In this document: positions 48,437 through 57,864 of the stretch, one piece after another
Layout: every line of letters begins with the position of its first letter
Numbering within the stretch: position 1 is the stretch's first letter
From: a virus
Direction: 5' to 3' (one strand)
IMG/VR virus record: IMGVR_UViG_3300010397_000001
Span: 20,365 to 84,364 of that record
DNA length: 64,000 nucleotides
Made by a program: the position numbers and the translations under genes
Notes under the pieces: generated by a model
What the model saw: the letters and a program-made list of their open reading frames with translations, nothing else
The model's database searches: none
What the model was told of the DNA's origin: nothing

Positions 48437-50239
48437 GTGGGACTCGAATACAAAAGCGTCACTGTCGGTGGCGTCACGCAGGTAGAAAACAAGGGCAAGG
48501 GCCATGTTCGGGCCTTCGTCTCTGTCACGGGTATCGCGGACAACGTCAAGGACGTGATTCTCCCGGGCGCGTACACCAAGACGCTGAAGCAGCGCACTCC
48601 CAAGGGTGCGTGGGGCCACGACTGGAAGACGCCGACCGCCAGAACCGAGGAAGCTGTCGAGCTGCCCCCAGGTCACCACTGGCTGCCGAAGCAGCTCAGC
48701 AACGGTCAGCCGTGGCCTGAAGAGGCCGGCGCGCTCATGGTGGACATGAAGTTCAACCTCGACACTCAGCGAGGGCGAGAAGCCTACAGCGACGTGCTGT
48801 TCTTCGGCCCTCAGCAGGAGTGGTCGATCGGTTACCAGGTACCTGAAGGCAAGGCATACAAGAAAGACGGCAAGCGGTACATCAAGGAAGTCGACCTCTA
48901 CGAGTACTCGCCCGTCCTGTTCGGCGCGATGAACCACGCCCGTACCGCAAACGAGCCCAAGTCCGTGCAGGATGCTCAGCTCGCGTTCAAGGTGCTCGGC
49001 GGTGCGGACATCGCAGAGATGCAAGACCTCATCATCCAGATCAAGGAGTTCCGCGACTCAATCGGCGACCTCAGCAACGAAGCAAGCGACGGCGAGGCTG
49101 ACGTTGAGTGGGACGGCGACGAAGAGGCCGCGGAAGACGACGAGTTGGACGACGAGTTCGAGGACGAAGACGAGGAGAAGGCTGACATCGTCGATCTGCT
49201 CCGGAAGAACCTGATCCAGACCGAACGGCTGTTGAGCGCGTTGGAGGAGAAGGAAGACACCGGCAGCAACACCGACGAAGGATTCAGTGCGTACATCGAG
49301 GCAAAAGCGACGATGTACGACAACGTCACCGAAGCAGCGTCAGAGGCCGAAGAAGACCTCGACGAGGACGACGTTATGGCCCTTCAGGAGGCCGCAGAGG
49401 AGTTCGACGACGCTGTTGATGGTGGGGACACCGAATCGGCCGAAGAAGCCGGCAGCAAGCTTCTCGGGGTTGTGGAAGAACTGTTGGACAACGACGGTGA
49501 CAGCAGCTTGAGTGAAAAGCTCGCGGTGCTGGCACAGGTCATCGTCGACCGGCGGTCCTTCATGGACGCTGAAATCAAGCGGCAGCACGGTTTTCCGCTG
49601 TCCTTCAAGACCGGAGCACCGATCACCGGCGAAGTTGGCGTGTCGTCGTTCGTGGGCAACCTCGAAGACGATGCCTTGATGGCGTTGGGCCAGTACGCCA
49701 GTGAGAAGGACGACTACGTGTCGAGTTGCGTCGTTCGAGAGATGAAGGCGCGTGGGATGTCCTACGGCGCGAAGCCCAAGAAGAGGACTGGCATCACGCC
49801 TGGTGCCAGTTACGACGGCAACGACAACGAGATGGATTCCGACGCCGACGAAATGAAGCCGAAGAAGCGGCGTAGTGGTGCTCCTATGGCACGAACTGGA
49901 ACCAAGGAGGAAGGCGCCGGCCTGTCCACCAAGAAGAAGTTCAGCCAGAGGACTCGTGACAACTACGCGGCATCAGGCGACGCCATGCCGGACGGTAAGT
50001 ACCCGATCAAGACTCAGAAGGACTTGGACAACGCGGTCAACGACTACAACCGCACCGGTCAGCCTGCTGACGTCAAAGCTCACATCCTGAAGCAGGCCAA
50101 GAAGTACAAGCTTTCACTCCCATCCACCTGGCAGGACGAGAAGTCGGCGGACTACGTCAAGCTCGACAACACAGACCTCGTGGAATTCAAGTCTCTCCTC
50201 GCCGGCTTGGAAGAGGTGGCGCTTGACTACGAAGATTGA
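48437..50239 (+). CDS. HK97-family prohead protease with long acidic/scaffold extension
   Basis: DVILPGAY, WGHDW, FNLDTQRGREAY, WSIGY, LYEYSPV. Confidence 0.9.
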   Translation: MGLEYKSVTVGGVTQVENKGKGHVRAFVSVTGIADNVKDVILPGAYTKTLKQRTPKGAWGHDWKTPTARTEEAVELPPGHHWLPKQLSNGQPWPEEAGALMVDMKFNLDTQRGREAYSDVLFFGPQQEWSIGYQVPEGKAYKKDGKRYIKEVDLYEYSPVLFGAMNHARTANEPKSVQDAQLAFKVLGGADIAEMQDLIIQIKEFRDSIGDLSNEASDGEADVEWDGDEEAAEDDELDDEFEDEDEEKADIVDLLRKNLIQTERLLSALEEKEDTGSNTDEGFSAYIEAKATMYDNVTEAASEAEEDLDEDDVMALQEAAEEFDDAVDGGDTESAEEAGSKLLGVVEELLDNDGDSSLSEKLAVLAQVIVDRRSFMDAEIKRQHGFPLSFKTGAPITGEVGVSSFVGNLEDDALMALGQYASEKDDYVSSCVVREMKARGMSYGAKPKKRTGITPGASYDGNDNEMDSDADEMKPKKRRSGAPMARTGTKEEGAGLSTKKKFSQRTRDNYAASGDAMPDGKYPIKTQKDLDNAVNDYNRTGQPADVKAHILKQAKKYKLSLPSTWQDEKSADYVKLDNTDLVEFKSLLAGLEEVALDYED

Positions 50240-50485
50240 TAGGGATGCTGAGTTGGTTCTGGTAGCTCACCAGCGCCATACGAAGGGCCACTGCCTGTGC
50301 GGATATTTCGAGCTGGGCAGGTCCTTCGCAGCACACCAGGTAGCCAAGCTCCGCGAAGCAGGGTTGCTTAAGGACTGACAACACGTGTTCGTGTTTTAAT
50401 GGACTCAAAGGTTCCGCAGGCGGTGTCGACCGGCCACGGCGTTACCTACACACCAGATACTTCAAGAGATGAAAGGTGCAAACAG

Positions 50486-51778
50486 ATGTCGCCGGTGGCC
50501 GAACTGAAGACCATCCTCCGCGAGAAGAACTCGCAGATCCAAGCGTTCTTGGACAACGGAATCAAGATCGACGGCAACAACGTCGAGGTCAAGTCCGAGG
50601 ACAAGGCCAAGATTCAGACCATCCTCGCCGAGGCGCGCGAGATCAAGTCCCTGCTGGACATGCACAAGTTCGGCGTCGACACCGGGCGTCTCCTGGACTT
50701 CAAGGACAGCGACGGCAGCAAGGCCGTCGAGGCGATGGCCGGCGGCTACATCCGCAACATGGGCACCAAGAGCCTCGGGCTCCAGTTCGTGGAGTCGAAG
50801 GAATTCCAGGAGGCCAAGGAGAACAGCGACGGCATCATGCGGTCACCGTTCTCCATCGAAGCGCACGACATCACCGGCGGTCGGCTCCAGCGCAAGGACA
50901 TCTACGGCGACCTGTCGTCGCACGCCATCGACCTCGGCGTCGGCACGGTGGTCCAGTTCGACCCCATGGTGCCGCGTCAGCAGCGAGCGACCCGTGTCCG
51001 CGACCTGTTCCCGGTGGCGACCACCAGTGCCAACCTGATCGACTACTTCCGAGTGACCGGCTTCGTCGAGCAGCAGGGCAAGGGCAACGCGCAGACGGTT
51101 CCCGAGCGCTCCGGCGGCACCTTCGGCCTGAAGCCGCAGTCGAACCTCGTCTTCGAGTCGGACGGCGCCCCGGTGCGCACGATCGCCCACTGGGAGGCGA
51201 TCCACCGCAACGTGGTCCAGGACGTCCCGCAGCTCATGGCGACCGTCAACAACGAGCTGCTGTACGGTCTGGCGCTGGTGGAGGACGACCAGATCCTGAA
51301 CGGTGACGGCAGCGGCAACAACCTGCGCGGCCTGATGAACACCAACGGCGTGCAGCTCTACCCGGCGGCCACCAACGAACTGCGGTCGGACTCCCTCCGC
51401 AAGGCGACCACGCTGGCCGTGCTGGCGAACTACGCTCCGACCGGATACGTGCTGCACCCCAACGACTGGGAAACCCTGGAACTCCAGAAGGGTTCCGGCG
51501 ACGGGCAGTACATGCTCGTGACGAACATCGCGATCGGCGTCAACGCGCAGGTGTGGCGTCAGCCGGTCGTCGAGACACCGGCCATGACCGAAGGTCAGTT
51601 CATCAACGGTGCCTGGGGCATCGGCGCGCAGCTCTACGACCGTCAGCAGGCCAACGTCCGCATCGCCGAGCAGCACGCGGACTTCTTCCTGCGCAACGCC
51701 GTCGTGATCCTGTGTGAGGAACGGCTGGCGCTGACCGTCAAGCGCCCGGAGTCGTTCGTCATCGGCACGTTCGGCTAA
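50486..51778 (+). CDS. Major capsid protein (HK97 fold)
   Basis: VRDLFP, TIAHW, EDDQILNGDG...GL, LHPNDW, FLRN....EERLAL.V.RPE; strong codon bias. Confidence 0.95.
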   Translation: MSPVAELKTILREKNSQIQAFLDNGIKIDGNNVEVKSEDKAKIQTILAEAREIKSLLDMHKFGVDTGRLLDFKDSDGSKAVEAMAGGYIRNMGTKSLGLQFVESKEFQEAKENSDGIMRSPFSIEAHDITGGRLQRKDIYGDLSSHAIDLGVGTVVQFDPMVPRQQRATRVRDLFPVATTSANLIDYFRVTGFVEQQGKGNAQTVPERSGGTFGLKPQSNLVFESDGAPVRTIAHWEAIHRNVVQDVPQLMATVNNELLYGLALVEDDQILNGDGSGNNLRGLMNTNGVQLYPAATNELRSDSLRKATTLAVLANYAPTGYVLHPNDWETLELQKGSGDGQYMLVTNIAIGVNAQVWRQPVVETPAMTEGQFINGAWGIGAQLYDRQQANVRIAEQHADFFLRNAVVILCEERLALTVKRPESFVIGTFG

Positions 51779-51807
51779 ATCATCCAGCAAGGCGTACCTT
51801 CGGGTAC

Positions 51808-52236
51808 ATGCTCATCATCATCAACGGTGGCCCCCACGAGATCAGCGAACTGAAGACCGCGTTGGGCCTCACCGCAATCGAAGCAGAACTTCAGTCCCTC
51901 AATCGGAAGGTGCACAAGATGGACAGTGAAATCCAGCAGCTCGATTCCGTCGTCGAAGGTCTCGGTACAGCGATTCAGGAACTCAACGACGCCGTGACGA
52001 CCGTCATCCAGAAGCTCGACGACCTGACCACCAACGGCAACCTCAACGCGGAAGACCGCGCCGGCATCGACCAGGCCCTCGGCACGCTCAACGCCGCGCA
52101 GAACCAGGTGTCGCAGACGCTGGCCGCCGCACAGGCCGCCGGCTCCATCACGCCGCCGGCCGCCGAGCCCAGCGCCGAAAGCGGCGGTGGTGAGGCGCCT
52201 CCGGAGGGAACCCGCAAGGGTGTGAAGAAGCACTGA
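51808..52236 (+). CDS. Coiled-coil protein downstream of capsid
   Basis: Heptad pattern; strong codon bias. Confidence 0.65.
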   Translation: MLIIINGGPHEISELKTALGLTAIEAELQSLNRKVHKMDSEIQQLDSVVEGLGTAIQELNDAVTTVIQKLDDLTTNGNLNAEDRAGIDQALGTLNAAQNQVSQTLAAAQAAGSITPPAAEPSAESGGGEAPPEGTRKGVKKH

Positions 52237-52258
52237 ATATTTCGGCAACGGCCGGCGA

Positions 52259-52298
52259 GAAGAAGCGGCTATCGGTTTCGGCCGGTGGCCGCTTCTTC
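52259..52298. terminator. Terminator hairpin
   Basis: GAAGAAGCGGCTATCGGT-TTCG-GCCGGTGGCCGCTTCTTC. Confidence 0.75.
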
Positions 52299-52444
52299 GT
52301 AGACTGAGTACATGCCAGACGAACCGCAAGACATGACGCTATCTCCCAGTGGAGGGAGACCAGCCATCCTGTTCAGCGAATGGGCTGGCCGCGTTCCACA
52401 ATCAGGAAGCTTGTTCGACGAGATGCCGCAAGATTGCATTCTTG

Positions 52445-53014
52445 ATGGACATGCCTATAACGCTTGCAGGAGAGGACACCTCAGTGGCGGTGCAGAAGAA
52501 GACCAGGCGGCCGGTGGTTACCTCCACTCGGCCCCAGACATCGACCTTCCCAAGTGGGAGGGAGAGTACCGAGGACGTCGATGAGGTAACCCCTGACTCC
52601 GAGGAGACGGAAGAGGAGTTGGAGACCGAAGAGCTGGAGGATTCAGCGGATGAAGCCATGGCCGAGGAAGTTGATATCCCTCGTCCTTGGCTGGACGACC
52701 CGAGGTGTCCGCACGACGCTATCGTGGTTGGGCCTGGCGAACCCATCCGAGTGACCGGCGTCATCACCGGCCAGATGGTCCGTGTGGACAAGCAGGTCGT
52801 GCGAGCGTTCCAGCGTCCGCGTACCAGCGGTTGGTACTTCACGCTCATCTACTCGCGAGGGACGCAGGTCCCCTTCACCAGGGTTCAGTCTGTGAACGGT
52901 AATGAGGTGCTGCACGTGCCAGCACGCGTGCCAGTGCACCGGATCGACAACATCAGCTACCCGGCTGCGACGACATCGGACGGCTTCTCACTGCCGTCTT
53001 CGTTGATCGCCTGA
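52445..53014 (+). CDS. Hypothetical protein in structural module
   Basis: ORF track. Confidence 0.6.
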   Translation: MDMPITLAGEDTSVAVQKKTRRPVVTSTRPQTSTFPSGRESTEDVDEVTPDSEETEEELETEELEDSADEAMAEEVDIPRPWLDDPRCPHDAIVVGPGEPIRVTGVITGQMVRVDKQVVRAFQRPRTSGWYFTLIYSRGTQVPFTRVQSVNGNEVLHVPARVPVHRIDNISYPAATTSDGFSLPSSLIA

Positions 53015-53028
53015 ATGGGAAGGGGAGG

Positions 53029-53664
53029 ATGATGGCACTGATCAACTTGCAGGATCTGCTGAACCGCATGGACAACCCTGCAATCACTGATTCGGAAGAG
53101 AGCTACATAGAAACCGTCATCCTCCCTGGTGTTCAAGAAGAGTTGGAGTCCTACTGCGGTAGGCCGCTAGAGCGGAAGCAGGTGCGCGAACGGCTGAACC
53201 CAGATTGCGAAGGCTACGTGTGGTTCAGCATGACTCCGGTGTGGCAGATCATCAGTGTCGTGCACGCCGATGGAACGCCGGCTTCCTACGCCCCTCCTGC
53301 TGTCCCCGCCTACGTTCCCTCCACGGATCCGAACATCGCTGACATCGACCTGGTTGGTAGCGCTTGGTCGGAGTTCACCTACAAGGCTTACATTCAGCCG
53401 CTGAATCCATACGGCATCTACTTCAACGCCGCTCCGTTCTACTACGTGACGTACATCGCCGGCTTGGACATCAGTAACGATGCGTCGGCCAAGAGCGAGA
53501 TGTATGAAGTAGCCAAGCGTCAGGTCAACGAAATGTTCGTGAAGGACATGGGCATACGCCACGGCTCCGTCGAGCAAGCGAACAACGCCGACACTCGCCC
53601 TCCAATGTGGACACCTGACGAACTGGTGAAGTTCGACCGATACCGGAGGCGGATAGCGGTATGA
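53029..53664 (+). CDS. Head-tail adaptor
   Basis: Position; ELESYCGR, VTYIAG, FDRYRR. Confidence 0.7.
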   Translation: MMALINLQDLLNRMDNPAITDSEESYIETVILPGVQEELESYCGRPLERKQVRERLNPDCEGYVWFSMTPVWQIISVVHADGTPASYAPPAVPAYVPSTDPNIADIDLVGSAWSEFTYKAYIQPLNPYGIYFNAAPFYYVTYIAGLDISNDASAKSEMYEVAKRQVNEMFVKDMGIRHGSVEQANNADTRPPMWTPDELVKFDRYRRRIAV

Positions 53665-54116
53665 CCGCGCTGGAAGGTCTGGCCAACACCATTAGGGGCA
53701 TGGACGAACGAGTCCGCAACCCGATGGGTGTATGGCCGCGTGTAGGCAACGTGGTGGCGAGAATGAACGCTAAGGCATTCGCTACCAAGGGTGCGTCTAC
53801 CGGGAAGCCCTGGGCGCCTCTGGCGGCGTCTACAGTGGCCGAGAAGATGAAGCATGGCTGGCCGTCTTCTCCGTTGGTGCGTACCGGCAAGATGAAGGCG
53901 TCCTTCACTGGCAGGCCGATGGGTATCGAGCGGTACTACGGCAAACAAGCCGTCTACGGAGCTGATGGTCAGATCCCTATCTGGCAACAGAAGGGGACTC
54001 GCCGCCACGGTCGGCGCCATATCCCTCCACGCTTGATCCAGAAGTTGGATCCTCAAGCCAGAGCGGAGATCAAGAAGATCATCGTCGGCTGGGTAGTCAA
54101 GGGAGTTGCGTCGTGA
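53661..54116 (+). CDS. Virion morphogenesis/neck protein (Mu gpG-like)
   Basis: WAPLAAST, LVRTGKM..S, QKGT...IPPR. Confidence 0.75.
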   Translation: MTALEGLANTIRGMDERVRNPMGVWPRVGNVVARMNAKAFATKGASTGKPWAPLAASTVAEKMKHGWPSSPLVRTGKMKASFTGRPMGIERYYGKQAVYGADGQIPIWQQKGTRRHGRRHIPPRLIQKLDPQARAEIKKIIVGWVVKGVAS

Positions 54117-54730
54117 CCGGGCTGTCCAGTGTCACCGGTGGCGCCGAAGAGCTGAGGCAGAAGTTCGCCAGATTCTTCGAGGCTGTCACACCTCCGGTGA
54201 TCGAAGCGGCTTGGGAAGAGTACGACATCGATCCTTGGCTGCTCCCCAAGTTCGCGGTCTATGACGGTGTTGACCCCATGAAGGTCACCAGTTTTCCAGC
54301 TCTCTGTTCTGGCGCTTCGACCGACACCAACCACACAGTGACCGATATCAACGCGGACGGCTCCATCGAGACATGGCCTGTGTATTCGTGGTACGTCGCA
54401 GTGGTCGCTATGACGCCGTACAACCGTGAGACGAACAAGTGGGCAGATCCGGATTACGACAACTGCATTCGCTTGATGAATCGCCTCACAGCGATCGTGC
54501 AGAACGTCCTCATCAACAGCCCTGGTCTTCTCGATCCCGATACCGTATCCCTGGATAGATCGAGCATCAATACCACATACCACGATGTGCTTCCTGCAAG
54601 TGGTGCACCGCGGAAGTGGGTTTCCTCGTCAATCATGACGATGACGGTCAAGCAAAGAGCAGTGACGTGGCAACCGAAGATAGGCACCGTGAATCAAACC
54701 ATGGTCTTGCCCGGAATACTCACAACGTAG
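54113..54730 (+). CDS. Probable tail completion/terminator protein
   Basis: Position before sheath; size. Confidence 0.55.
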   Translation: MTGLSSVTGGAEELRQKFARFFEAVTPPVIEAAWEEYDIDPWLLPKFAVYDGVDPMKVTSFPALCSGASTDTNHTVTDINADGSIETWPVYSWYVAVVAMTPYNRETNKWADPDYDNCIRLMNRLTAIVQNVLINSPGLLDPDTVSLDRSSINTTYHDVLPASGAPRKWVSSSIMTMTVKQRAVTWQPKIGTVNQTMVLPGILTT

Positions 54731-54742
54731 GGGGATTCACCC

Positions 54743-55045
54743 ATGTGGAAAGTGGTCTTTAACCCCAGCGAGGGGCAAGACATCGTCGTGGACAAGGACG
54801 GGCACTACTGCTCCCCACAGTCCTGGGCTGCCGGCTTTTCCAGCGTGGTAGACCCTCTGGTCGGCGCAGGGAAGCTCATCAACATCGACGTCTCGCATCT
54901 GGATCGGGACCACGCCAATCCCGACGTTATAGTTGTGGCAGACAGAGTTGACGAGTTGAACGCGCAGCGTCAAGCAACGCAAGCGGTTCAGCAGCAGGAC
55001 GAGGAAAACACAACGGGCAGCACGGATAAGAAGAAGAGGAAGTGA
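54743..55045 (+). CDS. Hypothetical protein
   Basis: Position before sheath. Confidence 0.6.
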   Translation: MWKVVFNPSEGQDIVVDKDGHYCSPQSWAAGFSSVVDPLVGAGKLINIDVSHLDRDHANPDVIVVADRVDELNAQRQATQAVQQQDEENTTGSTDKKKRK

Positions 55046-55046
55046 T

Positions 55047-56495
55047 ATGCCAGGCGTAATCGTTCAAACTCAAACGCTGTCCGGCCCATCGACACCGCTG
55101 CGTGCACCGGACGGACAGTTCTTCGTGGTCGGGCTCGCCGAACGCGGACCCACAAACGCGGTGTTCCCACTCCGGGGTATGCCGGACTACACGCGGTACT
55201 ACGGCGACCGTGTGTCCTACGGCGCGCTCTACGACCAGTTGCTGACCTACTTCAACGAAGGCGGACAGCAGGCGTACGTCGCTCGTGTTGTCGGTCCGGC
55301 AGCAACCGTGGGGTCGTTGACACTGCTCGACCAGGCTGGGTCTCCGCTGAACACCATCCGAGTCGACGCGGCCAACGCCGGCTCCTGGTCGACACAGCTT
55401 TCTGTCGAGATCCAGGCCGGTTCGTTGACGAACACGTTCCGGATGATCGTCACGCTCAACGGCGTTCAGGTGCACAACGTCAACAACATCTCGTCACCCT
55501 CGGACGCTGTCAACCAGTTCGCAACGTCGCCGTACATCAAGGTGACCAACCTCGGTTCCGCGACAGCAGCACCGGCGAACAACCCGGACGTCGTTGCAGC
55601 AACAGCACTGAGCGCCGGTGCTGACGACCGGACCAGCGCGACGGACACCACGTTCGTGAACGCACTCGCGCTGTTCAACTACGAGCTGGGAGACGGTTCG
55701 GTCGCCATTCCTGGCAAGGCTGCTACAGCCATCTGGACGGGCATCAACGCTCACTGCGTTGCCAACAACCGTATCGGGCTGTTGGCCGCCGTCCAGTCGG
55801 AGACGAAGTCGAACCTGCTGAACCGTGTGGCCGAAGTGGACAGTGAGTACTGCGGTCTCTTCGCACCATGGATCCGGATCAGCGACGGTGCCGGCTCCTA
55901 CCGCACCATCAGTCCGGAAGGCTACGTAGCGGCCTGTCGCGCCAAGGCCCACGATCAGACCGGACCGTGGAGGGTGCCGGCAGGATCGCTCTCATCGGCG
56001 AACACTCTGGTCGGCCTGGACGTCATCTACACCCGACAGGACAGCCAGGATCTCGACGATGGCCGGGTAAACGTCATCAAGACGGTGGCCAACACGATCC
56101 GGCTGTATGGCTGGCGCTCGTTGTCTTCATCCGATGAATACAAGCTTCTGCACAACAGGGATCTCCTGAACTACCTCGTCGTGCAGGCGCAGGCCAAGCT
56201 TGAGGACTCGCTCTTCAAGCCGATCGACGGCAAGGGCCAGCTCCTGAACGCGGTCAACGCATCGATCGTCGGCCTGGTCGACCCCATCGCACGTGCCGGT
56301 GGTCTGTACGCACTCCTGGATCCGACTGGTAAGCAGGTCGACCCTGGATACAAGGTCGTCACGGACAACTCGGTGAACACGCCGGCACTCCTGGCGCTCA
56401 ACCAGATCGCTGCTCGCCTGCTGGTGCGCATCTCGCCGGTCGGCGCTCTCATCACGTTGACCATCGTCAAGGTCAACAACCAGGCCGGATTCTGA
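55047..56495 (+). CDS. Contractile tail sheath protein
   Basis: MPGVIV, GLAERGP, YFNEGG..YVARV, PW, VN.I, LYGWRSL. Confidence 0.92.
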   Translation: MPGVIVQTQTLSGPSTPLRAPDGQFFVVGLAERGPTNAVFPLRGMPDYTRYYGDRVSYGALYDQLLTYFNEGGQQAYVARVVGPAATVGSLTLLDQAGSPLNTIRVDAANAGSWSTQLSVEIQAGSLTNTFRMIVTLNGVQVHNVNNISSPSDAVNQFATSPYIKVTNLGSATAAPANNPDVVAATALSAGADDRTSATDTTFVNALALFNYELGDGSVAIPGKAATAIWTGINAHCVANNRIGLLAAVQSETKSNLLNRVAEVDSEYCGLFAPWIRISDGAGSYRTISPEGYVAACRAKAHDQTGPWRVPAGSLSSANTLVGLDVIYTRQDSQDLDDGRVNVIKTVANTIRLYGWRSLSSSDEYKLLHNRDLLNYLVVQAQAKLEDSLFKPIDGKGQLLNAVNASIVGLVDPIARAGGLYALLDPTGKQVDPGYKVVTDNSVNTPALLALNQIAARLLVRISPVGALITLTIVKVNNQAGF

Positions 56496-56505
56496 GGGGC
56501 ACAAC

Positions 56506-56907
56506 ATGGATTCAGTCAATCAATTCCTGGTAACCGTCGAGGGCATCGACGGGTACTTCATGACGTTCGAGGGCGGCAACATCACGTCGCAAACGAACAA
56601 GATGTACGACGGCGGAGCGACTATTCCGTCCGTAGTAGCCAACCGGCCGTTGGTGGACGATGTCACGGTGACGCGCGGATACGAACCGCTCCGCGACGAA
56701 GACATCATGACCGAGATGCGTCAGCTCGTCGGGGTGTTCACCACCACGCTCAGCAAGACGCCAACCGACCGCAACCTCGTGGTGACCGGTCGGCCCATCG
56801 TCTACCCCAATGCTTTGCTGAGTGGCTTCCAGGAGATCAACGCGGACGCCAACGGCACCGACGCCGGTATCTGGGGACTCGTGTTCACGGTGCCCAGCGT
56901 CCGGTAA
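56506..56907 (+). CDS. Tail tube protein
   Basis: Follows sheath; F.TFEGG, DVTVTRGY. Confidence 0.8.
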   Translation: MDSVNQFLVTVEGIDGYFMTFEGGNITSQTNKMYDGGATIPSVVANRPLVDDVTVTRGYEPLRDEDIMTEMRQLVGVFTTTLSKTPTDRNLVVTGRPIVYPNALLSGFQEINADANGTDAGIWGLVFTVPSVR

Positions 56908-56944
56908 TACCGCACCACTGTTTCAGGGAACCATCGGTAAGCCA

Positions 56945-57033
56945 CCTGTAGAGGCCGTAGGCGGCAGCGAACCACCAGACCCATAGTCGTACGTGGGCGC
57001 GGAGGTTCTAAGCCGCCTACGGCCTTTTACAGG
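56945..57033. repeat. Long inverted repeat (about 21-bp stem)
   Basis: CCTGTAGAGGCCGTAGGCGGC / GCCGCCTACGGCCTTTTACAGG. Confidence 0.8.
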
Positions 57034-57063
57034 GCCAATTCAACGAGTGAAAGGCAAAAGGTC

Positions 57064-57645
57064 GTGGCGACCAACACAGGCAAGGTCAAGACGGTGGGGC
57101 GAGCAGGCACACCACCGAAGCAGGACGAGGCGTTCGAAAACCTCGAACTGACAGACGGAGAGATGGACTTGGGAACCGTCTTCGACGACTTCATTCAGGA
57201 GATCAACCGTACTGTCACCAAGAAGCCGAAGAAGTACAAGGTGCCGGCGCGGCCCAACGTCGTGCTGGAGTTCGACGTCAACGTCGACTACCCGGTGTAC
57301 CAAGCGTGGATCAAGAAGTGCACCAAGGGCAAGGGTGACAAGGCGGAACTGGACTACAAGGCTTTCGCCGCCATCGTCCTGAGCCAGAAGAACATCGGCA
57401 TCTGGTTCGGCGACGTGAAGATCACCGATGTCAAGGGTGACGGCCACGATCTCATCCTGGCCGACAAGGTGTTCCACAACATGATCGGTGTGATGGTCGG
57501 AGGTACCAACGCGGCCATCAAGAAGTTGTTCGGAGCGGACAGCGACGTCGTGAACCTGGTCGTCAAGTTGGTCGACGACTTCGGCTACACACTCGGAGCC
57601 GATGGCGCTGAGGAAGGCGACGAAGATTCCCCTTTGGACGACTAG
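57064..57645 (+). CDS. Tail assembly chaperone (gpG-like)
   Basis: Between tube and tape measure; slippery site at its 3' end. Confidence 0.8.
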   Translation: MATNTGKVKTVGRAGTPPKQDEAFENLELTDGEMDLGTVFDDFIQEINRTVTKKPKKYKVPARPNVVLEFDVNVDYPVYQAWIKKCTKGKGDKAELDYKAFAAIVLSQKNIGIWFGDVKITDVKGDGHDLILADKVFHNMIGVMVGGTNAAIKKLFGADSDVVNLVVKLVDDFGYTLGADGAEEGDEDSPLDD

Positions 57646-57848
57646 CCGCCGCGTACAAGGCTAGTTCGTACCTGAGGCTGGCCGCGCGGGTTGGCAAGTA
57701 CTTCCACATCGATCCGCTGATGGTGTTGAAGAGCAGCTATACGGACTTCCTGGTTCGGTTGGCGGCCTACAACTACATGCAGGACGTTGAAGAGGCTGAA
57801 GAAGCCAAACGTCGTGAAGCGGCTGAAAAGGCCACTAGAAAACGATGA
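57630..57848 (+). CDS. -1 frameshift extension of the chaperone (gpGT-like)
   Basis: Heptamer C CCT TTG at 57630-57636; -1 frame open to TGA 57846-57848 (..LRLAARVGKYFHIDPLMVL..). Confidence 0.8.
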   Translation, partial: PFGRLAAAYKASSYLRLAARVGKYFHIDPLMVLKSSYTDFLVRLAAYNYMQDVEEAEEAKRREAAEKATRKR

Positions 57849-57864
57849 GTGAGGGCAGGGACCG

